Shown: piece by piece, positions 45,665 through 55,007 of the stretch
Layout of the letters: each line of letters starts with the position of its first letter
How positions within the stretch are numbered: position 1 is the first letter of the stretch
Assembly: GCA_041651015.1 (NCBI GenBank)
Contig: JBAZKA010000001.1
Location: forward strand, 62,000-125,999
Direction of reading: 5' to 3'
Source: Patescibacteria group bacterium
Lineage (GTDB): Bacteria; Patescibacteriota; Patescibacteriia; Magasanikbacterales; GWA2-37-8
Length of the DNA stretch: 64,000 nt
Notes under the pieces: generated by a model
The model's input: only the letters and a program-made list of their open reading frames with translations
What the model was told of the DNA's origin: nothing
Database searches by the model: none
Position numbers and translations under genes: made by a program

Positions 45665-48600
45665 TTGTCCAATATGCCTAAAAAAATTGAACGGGAATTT
45701 CTGAGCGATGATTTGGAAACTTTGGCCATGACTGATCATGAAGAATTTGGTAAACGTGTCTATTCTATTAGCGATAAATTAGCGGACAAAATGTCTGCCG
45801 CCAGAAAAACTCGCGATCAATGGGCAACTGACGCGCCCAAACAAAAGAAAAGACGCAAAAATTTTTATGAAAAAATGGATGGCGGAGATTTAGTCATGGT
45901 GATTATTAAGGCTAATGACGCGGTTCGGGATTTGATAAGCCTGCAATACTCAAGCAGTTCCAAGCGAGACGCGAATCGTGAGGATGAAATAATCAAGGAA
46001 GCGGTCAAGGCCGCGGTAAATTTGGAAAATGCTCTTCACGAGGCCGAAGAACTTGATTTTGAAAAAAAGATTCCGGCGGGTGAACAATTTAACGAACATG
46101 GTTTCAAGGAAAAATTGGCCGACATGGAAATTGAAGTCACGCGCGGTTCGGCCCGATTGCAAAAATACAAAAATATTCACGCGCAATTCAAGAATACGCC
46201 ATCGTTTGCCCTGTATAGCAATGAATTTGTGCGTCAATTGAATGATTTTGATCACGCGATTAATCAGGCCGAGTCATTGGCCGCTGAATTAAAAACAGAC
46301 ATTGATGACATGAATGATTTGTTGAGCGATGACAACGCGAGTGAAAAAGAACTAAAAGTGAGAATCGCCGATTTAGAAAAGAAGCAAAAAAATATTGCCG
46401 ACGTCGTGGCTAAAATTGAGACGGACACGCCGGAGATGAACAAAGAATACGAACAAAAGTTAAAATTTTACAATCGAATTTTCGGCGCCGCGCGCCAATT
46501 GAATGAATTTAAGAAGGGACCGGATTTTGATCTTTTGCCCAATGGCAGAAAGATTGTCTTTGAATTGTTGCATAGAGCGCAAAAAATCCAAGACCAACAA
46601 CTAACCGATGAAGAAATTCAAGATTTTGAAAACGAAGTGGCTAAGAAAGTTTTTAACGCAGTGGATAAAATAAAGTCCGAACAACAAGCCGTCCGCGAAG
46701 CCGAGGCGGCCAAAACCGAAGCAGATAAAGTGGAAGCGGAAAATCAAAAGGAGATAGAGAAATTATCTACCGAATATAGATTACCCATACGAATTGAAAG
46801 CGACCAGATTAAAAAAATGTCCGAGGAGCTGAAACCGTTGATAAAATTTGCCGAATATGCCGGTTCAACGGCCGGTGCGGATTTGGATATTGATCCGAGT
46901 AAAATCGCGCTGGTAAAGTCGGTGGAACGAAATATTTGGCAGGCCGGTTTAAACATTATGGATTTGTCCGAGGCGTTCTCCGGACAAAGCAAAATGTCGC
47001 TCGCTGAAATTCGCAAACGCATTGCCGATTACGACGCGGAATTCAAAGCGGCGAAAAATAATTTTGACGAAGCCATGGAAATAATTGACGGTGTCCGGAC
47101 ACGAATGGTTCATAATTTACGAGCCGAATTTTCTGCCGTGCGTTTGTCCAAAGAGCATATTACCGACCGTGAAGAAGCCATCTTGCGCGGCTTGGAAGCG
47201 ATGTTGAGAAATACCAAGGATTTAACTTGGCGGGATATTGAAGACGTAAAATTTATCCTGAAGAAGAACGTCTTGGCGCCGATGGGCGAATCCATAAAAA
47301 AATCTTTGGAAGCAGGGGTTGAGACTCAACCAGATTTGGTTAAACCGAAAGCGGAAAAATCCGCGGAAGAAATGTTGACCGGCGCTTTTCCGAAAGACGA
47401 ATCAACACCGAGCAAACCGGAAGAAATAAAATTAACCAGAAAAGAAATTATCGCCGAAATAGGCGAGATGTACAAAAATGAAGGTGTGATCAATCTGAAT
47501 TCTCAAGAAATTTTGGATGTTTTACAACCCAAGGATATTGAGGCCATGATTGAACATTTGCGCGCTGATGCCATGGCCAAGAGCGATGGGAATTCCGGCG
47601 AGTTCAAAAGAATTTTGCGCGAATCTTTGAACAAAGATTTACTCAAATCATTGAGTGATGAAACTCGCGACAAAATCGGCGAAGCCGTGATTGAGCAAAC
47701 ATACGCTTTGCTCAAAGGCGCGGTGGACGCTGAATCGCGCGCGGAAATTTTGCGTTTGCAAACTTCCAAAGCGGAAAAGTTCGCACGCGTGGGAGCGGTG
47801 GGCGCCAGCATCGCCGCGCGGATTGGTCTTGGCGTCGGTTTGGGCGTTGTTTCGGCGCCGGTGGTGGCGGCCACGGGCGGAGCGGCCTCGGTGGTGGTGG
47901 GCGCGGGCATGGTGGGAATGAACAAAGCCATTGATCGTTTGTCGGAGACGGCGCCGGTCAAAAAAATTAAATCTTTTTTTGGAAATTTATTAAAGCGCAA
48001 CAGGCCGGCGATTGATGAAGCCAGAGTAATTGAGAGCACGGCCAAAGCGACCATTACGCCGGAAATGTTGGCCAATGTTTTATCCGGACAATTACGCGAG
48101 AATACCAGCGAGGAATTGCGTTATCGCATAGAAACTTTTTCACAATTAAAGAAATCCGCCGAGCATACCTTATCTCCGGACGCGATAGGAAAATTTGCGT
48201 CATCTTTGGATGATATGTCCAAAGATTTTTACCAAAATAGTTTTGACTATTTGACGTTAAAATACGCCGACCAGAATCTGTCGCCGGAAACAATCTCGGT
48301 GGTGGCCCGATTGATGACGGCTGAAATAAACACCAATCAGAAAAATGAGATGAACACCGCCGAGGCGGCCGAAAAGAAACCAACCGCGGTGAAAGTAATG
48401 GAAAAAATTACCAAAATCAAATCGCACTCGGTCGGCGCGTTTTTCTTTGGCGGCTGCATGTCACTCGCCTTGGCCGAGGGCCCGGCCGTTGCTCGCGTGG
48501 TCGGCGGAGCCTTGTCCGGCGCCGGTCTGGGTTTGATGATTGAAGGACGAATGCGCGTTTCGGCCGATAAAAAAATAATTGATAAAAACAAGGAACTTTT

Positions 48601-49987
48601 GCCGGCTTGGGAAAACATCTCGCGTAAAAGCGGCGGCGCAATCATGAGTAAAGATTGGACAAAATACCAAAACGACATCGCTTTGATGCGTAAAAATTTG
48701 AACGAAGGTAAATTTGACACAGATCCGCTAACCAAAATTCGCGTGGAAAATTTATCATCGCGCTTTGAGCGCATGATGATTGAACGCGGCAAAGTGGGTA
48801 AAAAATTGGTGGCGGAAATTGCCGCGGATTTGAACAAGCAGTTAAGTGATTACAACACTGTCGCCAAAAAACACGAAAAAAGTTTGATGAAAATTTTTGG
48901 CATCAAAGACCGCCGTACGGTTTTCGTTCGGGCCGGCGCGGTGGTAGGCGCAGTTTTTGGATATTTTATGTCCCAAGGCGGTTGGCATAAAATTATGTCG
49001 TTGTTTAATAACGAACCGCCGGTCGGGCAAACGATTGCTTTCAAAGATCAGGATTTACCCGCTTTGCATCGCACTCCGGGCGTATCAATAACCAAAGAGG
49101 AGCAGTTTTCTATGAGGGAAGTGCCCGCTGAGCCGGTTGCCCGTCATCACGTCACGCATCAAACGGCTCGCCGCGCGGAAGAAATTTTGTCTGCACCAAC
49201 GGCCGTTCAGACTGCATCGCCGATTCCGGAAAATCCGTATGGCAATAATGGCGGTAATGATCTGATTGAAGAGGAATTACAAAAAGTAAAAATTTCTCAC
49301 GAGGTTGACTCGGATATTTTTGAACATTTTGATCGTTCGGAGCATCCGCGTTTAAGCGATGAAAATTACCAACGCATGTTGAAAATTTATTCCGAATCCG
49401 GTTCGGAAAAAGCGCGAGATTATTTGGATTCCATTGAACACGGCCGCGGACACGCTGATAGATTGGATTCAATTAAACACAAATTTGGATCACGCATGGA
49501 CGAAGCGGTGAACAAGCAAGCCGAACAAATTAAAAATCAGATGAATGAGTCGCCGAGGAGTGCGACAAATCGTGTTATGTCCGAATTGCCGGTTGAGCGC
49601 GGTACCGAATTTATTATTAATGAGGCTGATGCAGACGCAGATGCCGGAGTCGAGGATGGAGGTGTGGTGGAAACTGATGCGGGCGCTGCTGACGCGCAAC
49701 GCGAGGCCTCGGTAAAAAAAGCCTTGGCGCACGCGCGTGAACAATCCGCTCAAGCGCACTCCATTGCCGAAGATCGTTTTCAAAGAGGGGTAGACCAACT
49801 TGGGTCAAATGCGCATCAGGCTTATGATTGGTTGAATGAGCGGGTGAATGATGCAAATTTAGCCCCGGATCAATCTGTTAAAATAAAGGACTTGATGGAT
49901 CAATTTAAACAGAGTGTCAGAAGTGGCAAAATTTCGCCATCGTTGATGAACGAAATAAATCGCGAGATGACGGCACACGACATATAA
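45665..49987 (+). CDS. Giant (1440 aa) coiled-coil protein with internal Gly/Ala-rich hydrophobic segments (hypothetical)
   Basis: Long K/E-rich heptad-like sequence; hydrophobic glycine-zipper-like stretches (VGAVGASIAARIGLGVGLGVVSAPVVAATGGAASVVVGAGMVG; GGALSGAGLGLMIEG). Confidence 0.5.
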   Translation: MSNMPKKIEREFLSDDLETLAMTDHEEFGKRVYSISDKLADKMSAARKTRDQWATDAPKQKKRRKNFYEKMDGGDLVMVIIKANDAVRDLISLQYSSSSKRDANREDEIIKEAVKAAVNLENALHEAEELDFEKKIPAGEQFNEHGFKEKLADMEIEVTRGSARLQKYKNIHAQFKNTPSFALYSNEFVRQLNDFDHAINQAESLAAELKTDIDDMNDLLSDDNASEKELKVRIADLEKKQKNIADVVAKIETDTPEMNKEYEQKLKFYNRIFGAARQLNEFKKGPDFDLLPNGRKIVFELLHRAQKIQDQQLTDEEIQDFENEVAKKVFNAVDKIKSEQQAVREAEAAKTEADKVEAENQKEIEKLSTEYRLPIRIESDQIKKMSEELKPLIKFAEYAGSTAGADLDIDPSKIALVKSVERNIWQAGLNIMDLSEAFSGQSKMSLAEIRKRIADYDAEFKAAKNNFDEAMEIIDGVRTRMVHNLRAEFSAVRLSKEHITDREEAILRGLEAMLRNTKDLTWRDIEDVKFILKKNVLAPMGESIKKSLEAGVETQPDLVKPKAEKSAEEMLTGAFPKDESTPSKPEEIKLTRKEIIAEIGEMYKNEGVINLNSQEILDVLQPKDIEAMIEHLRADAMAKSDGNSGEFKRILRESLNKDLLKSLSDETRDKIGEAVIEQTYALLKGAVDAESRAEILRLQTSKAEKFARVGAVGASIAARIGLGVGLGVVSAPVVAATGGAASVVVGAGMVGMNKAIDRLSETAPVKKIKSFFGNLLKRNRPAIDEARVIESTAKATITPEMLANVLSGQLRENTSEELRYRIETFSQLKKSAEHTLSPDAIGKFASSLDDMSKDFYQNSFDYLTLKYADQNLSPETISVVARLMTAEINTNQKNEMNTAEAAEKKPTAVKVMEKITKIKSHSVGAFFFGGCMSLALAEGPAVARVVGGALSGAGLGLMIEGRMRVSADKKIIDKNKELLPAWENISRKSGGAIMSKDWTKYQNDIALMRKNLNEGKFDTDPLTKIRVENLSSRFERMMIERGKVGKKLVAEIAADLNKQLSDYNTVAKKHEKSLMKIFGIKDRRTVFVRAGAVVGAVFGYFMSQGGWHKIMSLFNNEPPVGQTIAFKDQDLPALHRTPGVSITKEEQFSMREVPAEPVARHHVTHQTARRAEEILSAPTAVQTASPIPENPYGNNGGNDLIEEELQKVKISHEVDSDIFEHFDRSEHPRLSDENYQRMLKIYSESGSEKARDYLDSIEHGRGHADRLDSIKHKFGSRMDEAVNKQAEQIKNQMNESPRSATNRVMSELPVERGTEFIINEADADADAGVEDGGVVETDAGAADAQREASVKKALAHAREQSAQAHSIAEDRFQRGVDQLGSNAHQAYDWLNERVNDANLAPDQSVKIKDLMDQFKQSVRSGKISPSLMNEINREMTAHDI

Positions 49988-50040
49988 TTTTCCGCAAAAA
50001 TAGTAACAAAAGACGCGCTTCTCAGCGCGCCTTTTTGCTA

Positions 50041-50069
50041 TTGACAATTATTTAAAATTGTGTTATATT
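50041..50069 (+). promoter_or_regulatory. Sigma70 promoter (family member 1 of 4)
   Basis: TTGACA, 17-bp spacer ATTATTTAAAATTGTGT, TATATT (TGt extended -10). Confidence 0.55.
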
Positions 50070-50245
50070 CACTTGCTGTGCGCATTGCGCGTATTAGTAT
50101 TTTGCTCATTACAATTGGTAGGTTTGATATAAATTTTCGTTCCGAATATAGCGAAGAATACATAAATTCTTGGTTGTGTTCGGAACGACAAAGACAAAAC
50201 AAACTGCGCCCGGCTTAAAACGCCAGGCCAAAAAAGGAGAAAAAA

Positions 50246-50848
50246 ATGGATGAAGTTAAAAAACCGACTTTAGGTACGGATGATCCGGAGGTACTCGCCG
50301 CACTCGCCGCGAAAAAGGCCACGACTGGCAAAGGAGGCACTTCGACCAAGACGGTCAAGGATGCGCTACCGTCCGCCGCGTCATCGATGTCGGTACGATC
50401 AAATGCGGTCGCTGGAGTAATTTTAGTGGGCATTGTGTTCGTCATCGTCATGGGCGGCTTCTTCGTCTACAGCGGGGTAAAAAGCATGCGCGCAGAAGAG
50501 TTTACACCTTCTTCCACCACAGTCGCAGGACTGAACAAACCGTCGACGCCCGTCACCGCTTCTTCCGCGGTCAGCATGAAGTTGGTGATGAACAATCGGT
50601 GTGTCTCTTTGTACGAGGGGCAGACCAAGGGCTTTCTACCGACGGACGTCAGCTGCCTGAACGACAAAGAGTTTAACGGCTATCTCGTTCGCGACATCGT
50701 GAACGAAGATCCGAAAAAACTGTCCCTGTTTTGCTACGGACTGTTTCAGGCGGATCGGGCCGCCGGACTCGAGTGCAGCGGTAAGCAATGGGGACAGATT
50801 TATAGCAAGTTGTCCCCGGGCACCTCGTTTCCTTATGCGGCAAAGTAA
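50246..50848 (+). CDS. Membrane-anchored hypothetical protein (start of the higher-GC block)
   Basis: 200 aa; RBS AAAGGAG; N-terminal TM (GVILVGIVFVIVMGGFFVYSGV); Cys-containing C-terminal domain. Confidence 0.45.
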   Translation: MDEVKKPTLGTDDPEVLAALAAKKATTGKGGTSTKTVKDALPSAASSMSVRSNAVAGVILVGIVFVIVMGGFFVYSGVKSMRAEEFTPSSTTVAGLNKPSTPVTASSAVSMKLVMNNRCVSLYEGQTKGFLPTDVSCLNDKEFNGYLVRDIVNEDPKKLSLFCYGLFQADRAAGLECSGKQWGQIYSKLSPGTSFPYAAK

Positions 50849-51086
50849 ACCTACCTTTTTCGGGTGACAGAAAGAATATTCGCATCATTCCGCGAATATC
50901 TGTTGCCCTCCCAATTAACATCCTGATATTTGTCGGGGTGTTTGAGGAAATTAGTTCATTAAAATTCAAAGGTAAAAAATATTTTCATGCAATTTGCGTC
51001 CTTGGTCGATCACCCGAATGATTCGGATGACGCCAAAGGACGTAAACATTTGCGCGTGAATGCGCAACGAAAAAAAGGAAAAGAAA

Positions 51087-52424
51087 ATGAAAAAGAATCT
51101 GATGTCCGTTCTGTTCTTGGTCGTCGTCCTCGGAGCCAACGTCTCCAGCGCCCAACAAATGTCGTCGGTGTCAAATGCCGATAAGTACTGGGCGCCCCAG
51201 GCCATCGCGAACAAAATGTTCGCCGAGGCCCTGTCGTCTCTGCAAACGCAGATGTTGGTCGTGGCGCCGGCCTGCGAAGCGGCAAAGAGCCAAAGCGCGA
51301 GCTGCACTGCGGCCATCAATCAGATGACCGGGCTGAACGAAACGGTTCAAAATACCGCGGCCAAGGTTCGTCGGCGCGACACCGGCCACTTCACGCCGGC
51401 CCAGGAGAAAAGGATCGTGGAGTTGGCGGCGACTGCAAACTCGGCGACCGAGTCAGCACTCATTAGTGCTGACCAAGGCAAGAGCGAGGAAGTTGTTCTG
51501 GCGGCCAAAGATTTGAAGTCCCGTATGGGCAAGTTGGAGGCCAAGGTCGGATCTCTGGATATGAGAGTGACTGACCACGATGAACAACTGGAAGGTCTCC
51601 AGGCAGCAGTGAAAGTGTTGCAAGACAGCGCGGTGGCCAAGGAAGATCCGGAGCTCGCCGAGCAACTCGCAAATCTTTCCGGGAACACAGCCTCAGCCGA
51701 CAAGCAACTCGCGGATCGGATTCTGCTCATCGCCGAACGAGTGCAAGTGATGGAAAACGCGGCCATGACAAAATCCGATTCCACGGTAGACAAGGCGCAA
51801 TTGGATGCGGCCATGAAAGAAATGGCCGGCGCGTTCAGTAGACGAGTCGCTTCGGTTGAGGCGAAGGCGGAAAACGCTGACGCCAAGGCGGAGCGGGCGA
51901 TGTCGCTCGCCCGGACAAAAAATTCCACCGCCATCATATTGGAGGTGGCGGGCATGGGCGGCGCCTGGTCGCCGTTCATTAAGCAAGTCACTTACGGCGG
52001 AGTCGGTGCCTACCTATCCAAGGGATGGTTGAGGCTCGGTGGTTCGTTTGACCCCGGGTTGGCCTATGTGGACGGGGAGGCGACGTTCGCGTTTACGAAC
52101 AAGCTGGAAGCCTGCTACGCGTGGAAATATGCGTGGCTTGGAGTCTTTAGCGGATCGTATGCCCTTGGCCTGCCGTATAGCGACTCGAACGAGAAGTATG
52201 GCTTCTCCTTCGGCGCAATCGCACGGTTCGTCCTCCCCATGGGCAACACCAACTGGTTTTATGGGTTGGAACTCTACGGAGGCCCGGCTTACGAATCCAA
52301 GTGGGTGCCCAAGGGTCCACCCGCGGGAGCCGCGCCCGGCGCGGTGTACGATGATGAAGAATACAAAACCTTCTTCAAACCGTTTACCGGCGGTGTGCGA
52401 GTATTCATCGATTTTAACCTTTGA
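51087..52424 (+). CDS. Secreted protein: signal peptide + long coiled-coil + C-terminal beta-rich domain (paralog of 53730-54818)
   Basis: ORF track from 51060; Met at 51087 gives MKKNLMSVLFLVVVLGANVSSAQQ; C-terminal alternating hydrophobic/Gly pattern ending GGVRVFIDFNL. Confidence 0.5.
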   Translation: MKKNLMSVLFLVVVLGANVSSAQQMSSVSNADKYWAPQAIANKMFAEALSSLQTQMLVVAPACEAAKSQSASCTAAINQMTGLNETVQNTAAKVRRRDTGHFTPAQEKRIVELAATANSATESALISADQGKSEEVVLAAKDLKSRMGKLEAKVGSLDMRVTDHDEQLEGLQAAVKVLQDSAVAKEDPELAEQLANLSGNTASADKQLADRILLIAERVQVMENAAMTKSDSTVDKAQLDAAMKEMAGAFSRRVASVEAKAENADAKAERAMSLARTKNSTAIILEVAGMGGAWSPFIKQVTYGGVGAYLSKGWLRLGGSFDPGLAYVDGEATFAFTNKLEACYAWKYAWLGVFSGSYALGLPYSDSNEKYGFSFGAIARFVLPMGNTNWFYGLELYGGPAYESKWVPKGPPAGAAPGAVYDDEEYKTFFKPFTGGVRVFIDFNL

Positions 52425-52681
52425 ACATTTATCCGGGCGCTTGAATAAAATCCGTATCCTACCTTTACGGAATCAAGCGCCCTCCTCACCTTTGAACATA
52501 AGATTTGTTTTCAGAGGCGAGAGAGAAAAAATATATCAAAAAACTCAGCCATAGCGGCCGAGTTTTTTGTTTGAAGTTTTGTATTTTTACTTTTCAGAAA
52601 ACTTGTGTTGCCACCAGTGTTCTGAAGAGCCGAGGACGAATTCGTGTGAGTGAATTCGTCCTCGCAAAGAGCTTGGCGCCA

Positions 52682-53113
52682 TCACGGCGCGTTGACGAGC
52701 GAGGCGCATTGGTCACGCCCGGGCGTACCGACCGAGCCGCAACACCAGTCAATGGCCTGCAACTCAGTGATGGCCGGCAACCCGCGAGCGGGTCGCGTCC
52801 GCGCTTCACGGAAGCAGGCGACGTACGCGACGTCGTCCGGGTTGACGGTCGCTGCTTGCGGCAGCACCGCGTTCGGTGCCGAAGAGGTTTTTGCCGCCGG
52901 GCAATCGCTGCCGTCGCAGTTGGTTTCGCGGGTAACCATCCCCTTGACATTGTTCATGTCGAGAACGAGTTTGGTGATGTAACGGTACATCCCCGCGTCG
53001 TAGAAGATGAACCCGAAAAGAATCACCGTACACGCCCAAGGGAACACTTTGAGGAACCTTTCCATTATGCTATCTCCTTTGTGTTGTTTGACTTTTGCCG
53101 TTTTTACAAACAC
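52682..53113 (-). CDS. Small membrane-anchored Cys-rich hypothetical protein (uncertain; high-GC region)
   Basis: TM helix FPWACTVILFGFIFYDAGMY then Cys-containing domain; competes with the overlapping plus-strand ORF 52505-53218, which lacks features. Confidence 0.3.
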   Translation of the reverse strand: MFVKTAKVKQHKGDSIMERFLKVFPWACTVILFGFIFYDAGMYRYITKLVLDMNNVKGMVTRETNCDGSDCPAAKTSSAPNAVLPQAATVNPDDVAYVACFREARTRPARGLPAITELQAIDWCCGSVGTPGRDQCASLVNAP

Positions 53114-53328
53114 CTCGCACCGCGCGAGATGTTCACGTTCAACGGCAAAAATTTTAAAGAACAGAATAATATATCACAAATTGGATTATTTGTCAAATGC
53201 CCCGGGCTCGGCAGATAGAGTGAGGGTCTTGCCCCCGTCACCAATAATAAACATCTATTTGCAGAAAAATCGTTACTGACGACGAGTAAATGCAATATGC
53301 AAATATATTCCCAAAATTGGTGAGGGGC

Positions 53329-53357
53329 TTGACAAAACCCTCAAAATGTGCTATACT
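53329..53357 (+). promoter_or_regulatory. Sigma70 promoter (family member 2 of 4)
   Basis: TTGACA, 17-bp spacer AAACCCTCAAAATGTGC, TATACT (TGc extended -10). Confidence 0.6.
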
Positions 53358-53363
53358 GGTTTT

Positions 53364-53470
53364 AATAAAATTCAAATTGACTTTGATTGCGCAACGAGAG
53401 AGGCGCGGTCAAAGCCCGAAAAAGCCTGAAATATATTTATCGGACTCTCTCATTGTAGAGAGTTTTTGTG
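53364..53470 (+). ncRNA. Candidate small RNA: promoter-proximal ~105-nt unit ending in a GAGAGAG/CTCTCTC hairpin plus T-run (copy 1)
   Basis: CGAGAGAGGCGCGGTCAAAGCCCGAAAAAGCCTG...CGGACTCTCTCATTGTAGAGAGTTTTTGTG, immediately followed by a second identical-type promoter; similar cassette at 57479-57600. Confidence 0.4.
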
Positions 53471-53498
53471 TAATATAAGCCAATCAGGAGGTAGAATG

Positions 53499-53527
53499 TT
53501 GACAAAATAGGCAAAATGTGCTATACT
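53499..53527 (+). promoter_or_regulatory. Sigma70 promoter (family member 3 of 4)
   Basis: TTGACA, 17-bp spacer AAATAGGCAAAATGTGC, TATACT. Confidence 0.6.
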
Positions 53528-53729
53528 TTCATGTTAAATTACAAACAGTTTTTCACCCAATCTTGCGCCTTCTAACAGAGCGGACGCAGGCAGAGTCAAA
53601 AACTCTGGCAGTGAAGCTCTTTTTACTTACAAGGCAGGAATAAAATAAAAAACGTTCGCTACAAAATGGCCGGCCACGGGTCGGTCAGGAAAGCCCTGGC
53701 TCATAGAGCGGGGCATAGGAGAGACGAAG

Positions 53730-54818
53730 ATGAAGACGAAATTGGCATTTGCGATTTTCGCGATGGTGATGGTGGCGACGGGGTCGGCAATGGCGCAATG
53801 GGCGCAGGAGCCGATGGACGATCTAAAGACCCTGCAACAGTGCAGGGCATCGTTCAAAAACGTGTGCGCGCCCTGCGCAAGCGTTTTCGCTTCCGGCCAG
53901 CTGAGTGCCACGTGCACCATGGAAAAGGCACAGGCGTGCGGCGAAGTCTACACCGGCATCTGCGGTCAGACCGCGAAAGCCGCTGCGACAACGTCGCCGT
54001 CCGTGCCGCCGAAGTGCGACGACAGATGTAGGGAGCGTCGCAAGGCCCGACAGGAAAAGTGGAATGCGCTCTTCCTGGACATGGCGGACCTGAAGGTCCG
54101 CGTGGCCGCCCTGGAAAGGAGAGCGGACGAGAACGACACACGCGACGCGGCGAATGCCGCGCACGACAGCGACCAGGACAACCTGATTGCTGGTCTTCGC
54201 AAGGACGTGGACGGCCTCCTGGATTGTCATGGTGAAAATCCGAAGGCGGGTTGCCACCAGGCAATTGAGGAGCAGATCGATGAGGCGAAGAAGGAGGCGA
54301 TGGACTACACGGATATGATGTTCATATCCACCGCCTTCAAGTTCGACCTCGGAGCGGTCGTCCTCGGCTCCACGGATTTCCGAGGGGTTGGGATCATAGC
54401 TGGCGGATTGCGCATTGCTCTTGACTTCGGCGCAACCGATCGGTTCCGTCCCGTTTTCCACGCTTCGGTTGGCGGTGGTCACGGACGGTGGGCAAACGTG
54501 GTTTGGGAAGTCGGCACTTCCCAGGAAATTCGTGTTAACGACAAGGGGACTGTCTGGCTAGGGCCGGCGGTCACCTGGTCACACGAAAACGTCCTGGACG
54601 CCAACTACAACACGTTCCTCGGCCTCGGCCTCTCCCTCAGAGTGTTGTTCCCCGAGAGCCACCACGGGTATTTTACCGCGGCGGTCTTCGGCGGTGACAA
54701 CATGTACTTCGTCCCGGACAAAACGGGCGAGTACGATGAGGTCATGGCCCATCACTTCGGAATTGGGATCCAACTCTCGGTTGGATACTCCATTTTCCAA
54801 GACCTCCGCAAGAAGTAG
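53730..54818 (+). CDS. Secreted protein: signal peptide + Cys-containing N-region + coiled-coil + C-terminal beta-rich domain (paralog of 51087-52424)
   Basis: RBS GGAGAG; MKTKLAFAIFAMVMVATGSAMAQ signal peptide; same architecture as 51087-52424. Confidence 0.5.
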   Translation: MKTKLAFAIFAMVMVATGSAMAQWAQEPMDDLKTLQQCRASFKNVCAPCASVFASGQLSATCTMEKAQACGEVYTGICGQTAKAAATTSPSVPPKCDDRCRERRKARQEKWNALFLDMADLKVRVAALERRADENDTRDAANAAHDSDQDNLIAGLRKDVDGLLDCHGENPKAGCHQAIEEQIDEAKKEAMDYTDMMFISTAFKFDLGAVVLGSTDFRGVGIIAGGLRIALDFGATDRFRPVFHASVGGGHGRWANVVWEVGTSQEIRVNDKGTVWLGPAVTWSHENVLDANYNTFLGLGLSLRVLFPESHHGYFTAAVFGGDNMYFVPDKTGEYDEVMAHHFGIGIQLSVGYSIFQDLRKK

Positions 54819-55007
54819 TAGTTCTCCTGTCTTTTACGGTCAGGGTATTCGCAAGAATATCCTGACCGACCTTATCTTGATCAAAAATGGTTTTGGTCAA
54901 GTAGGGGAAAATACTTAGTTAGTTGCTTGACAATTAAATTAAGGGTTAGAAAAACGTTCGTGGACAAAGCCAGCGCGCGGCGTTGGTTTCAAAAAAGGGA
55001 GAACAAA

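Noticed and set aside
52505-53218. 237-aa plus-strand ORF in the high-GC region
   Set aside because: Arg-rich composition typical of off-frame GC-rich sequence, no motifs, and it runs into a promoter region. The minus-strand ORF with a clear TM helix is preferred, though itself uncertain.
53823-54482. 219-aa minus-strand ORF
   Set aside because: It lies entirely inside the well-supported 53730-54818 secreted-protein gene and has Arg/His-rich antisense-type composition.
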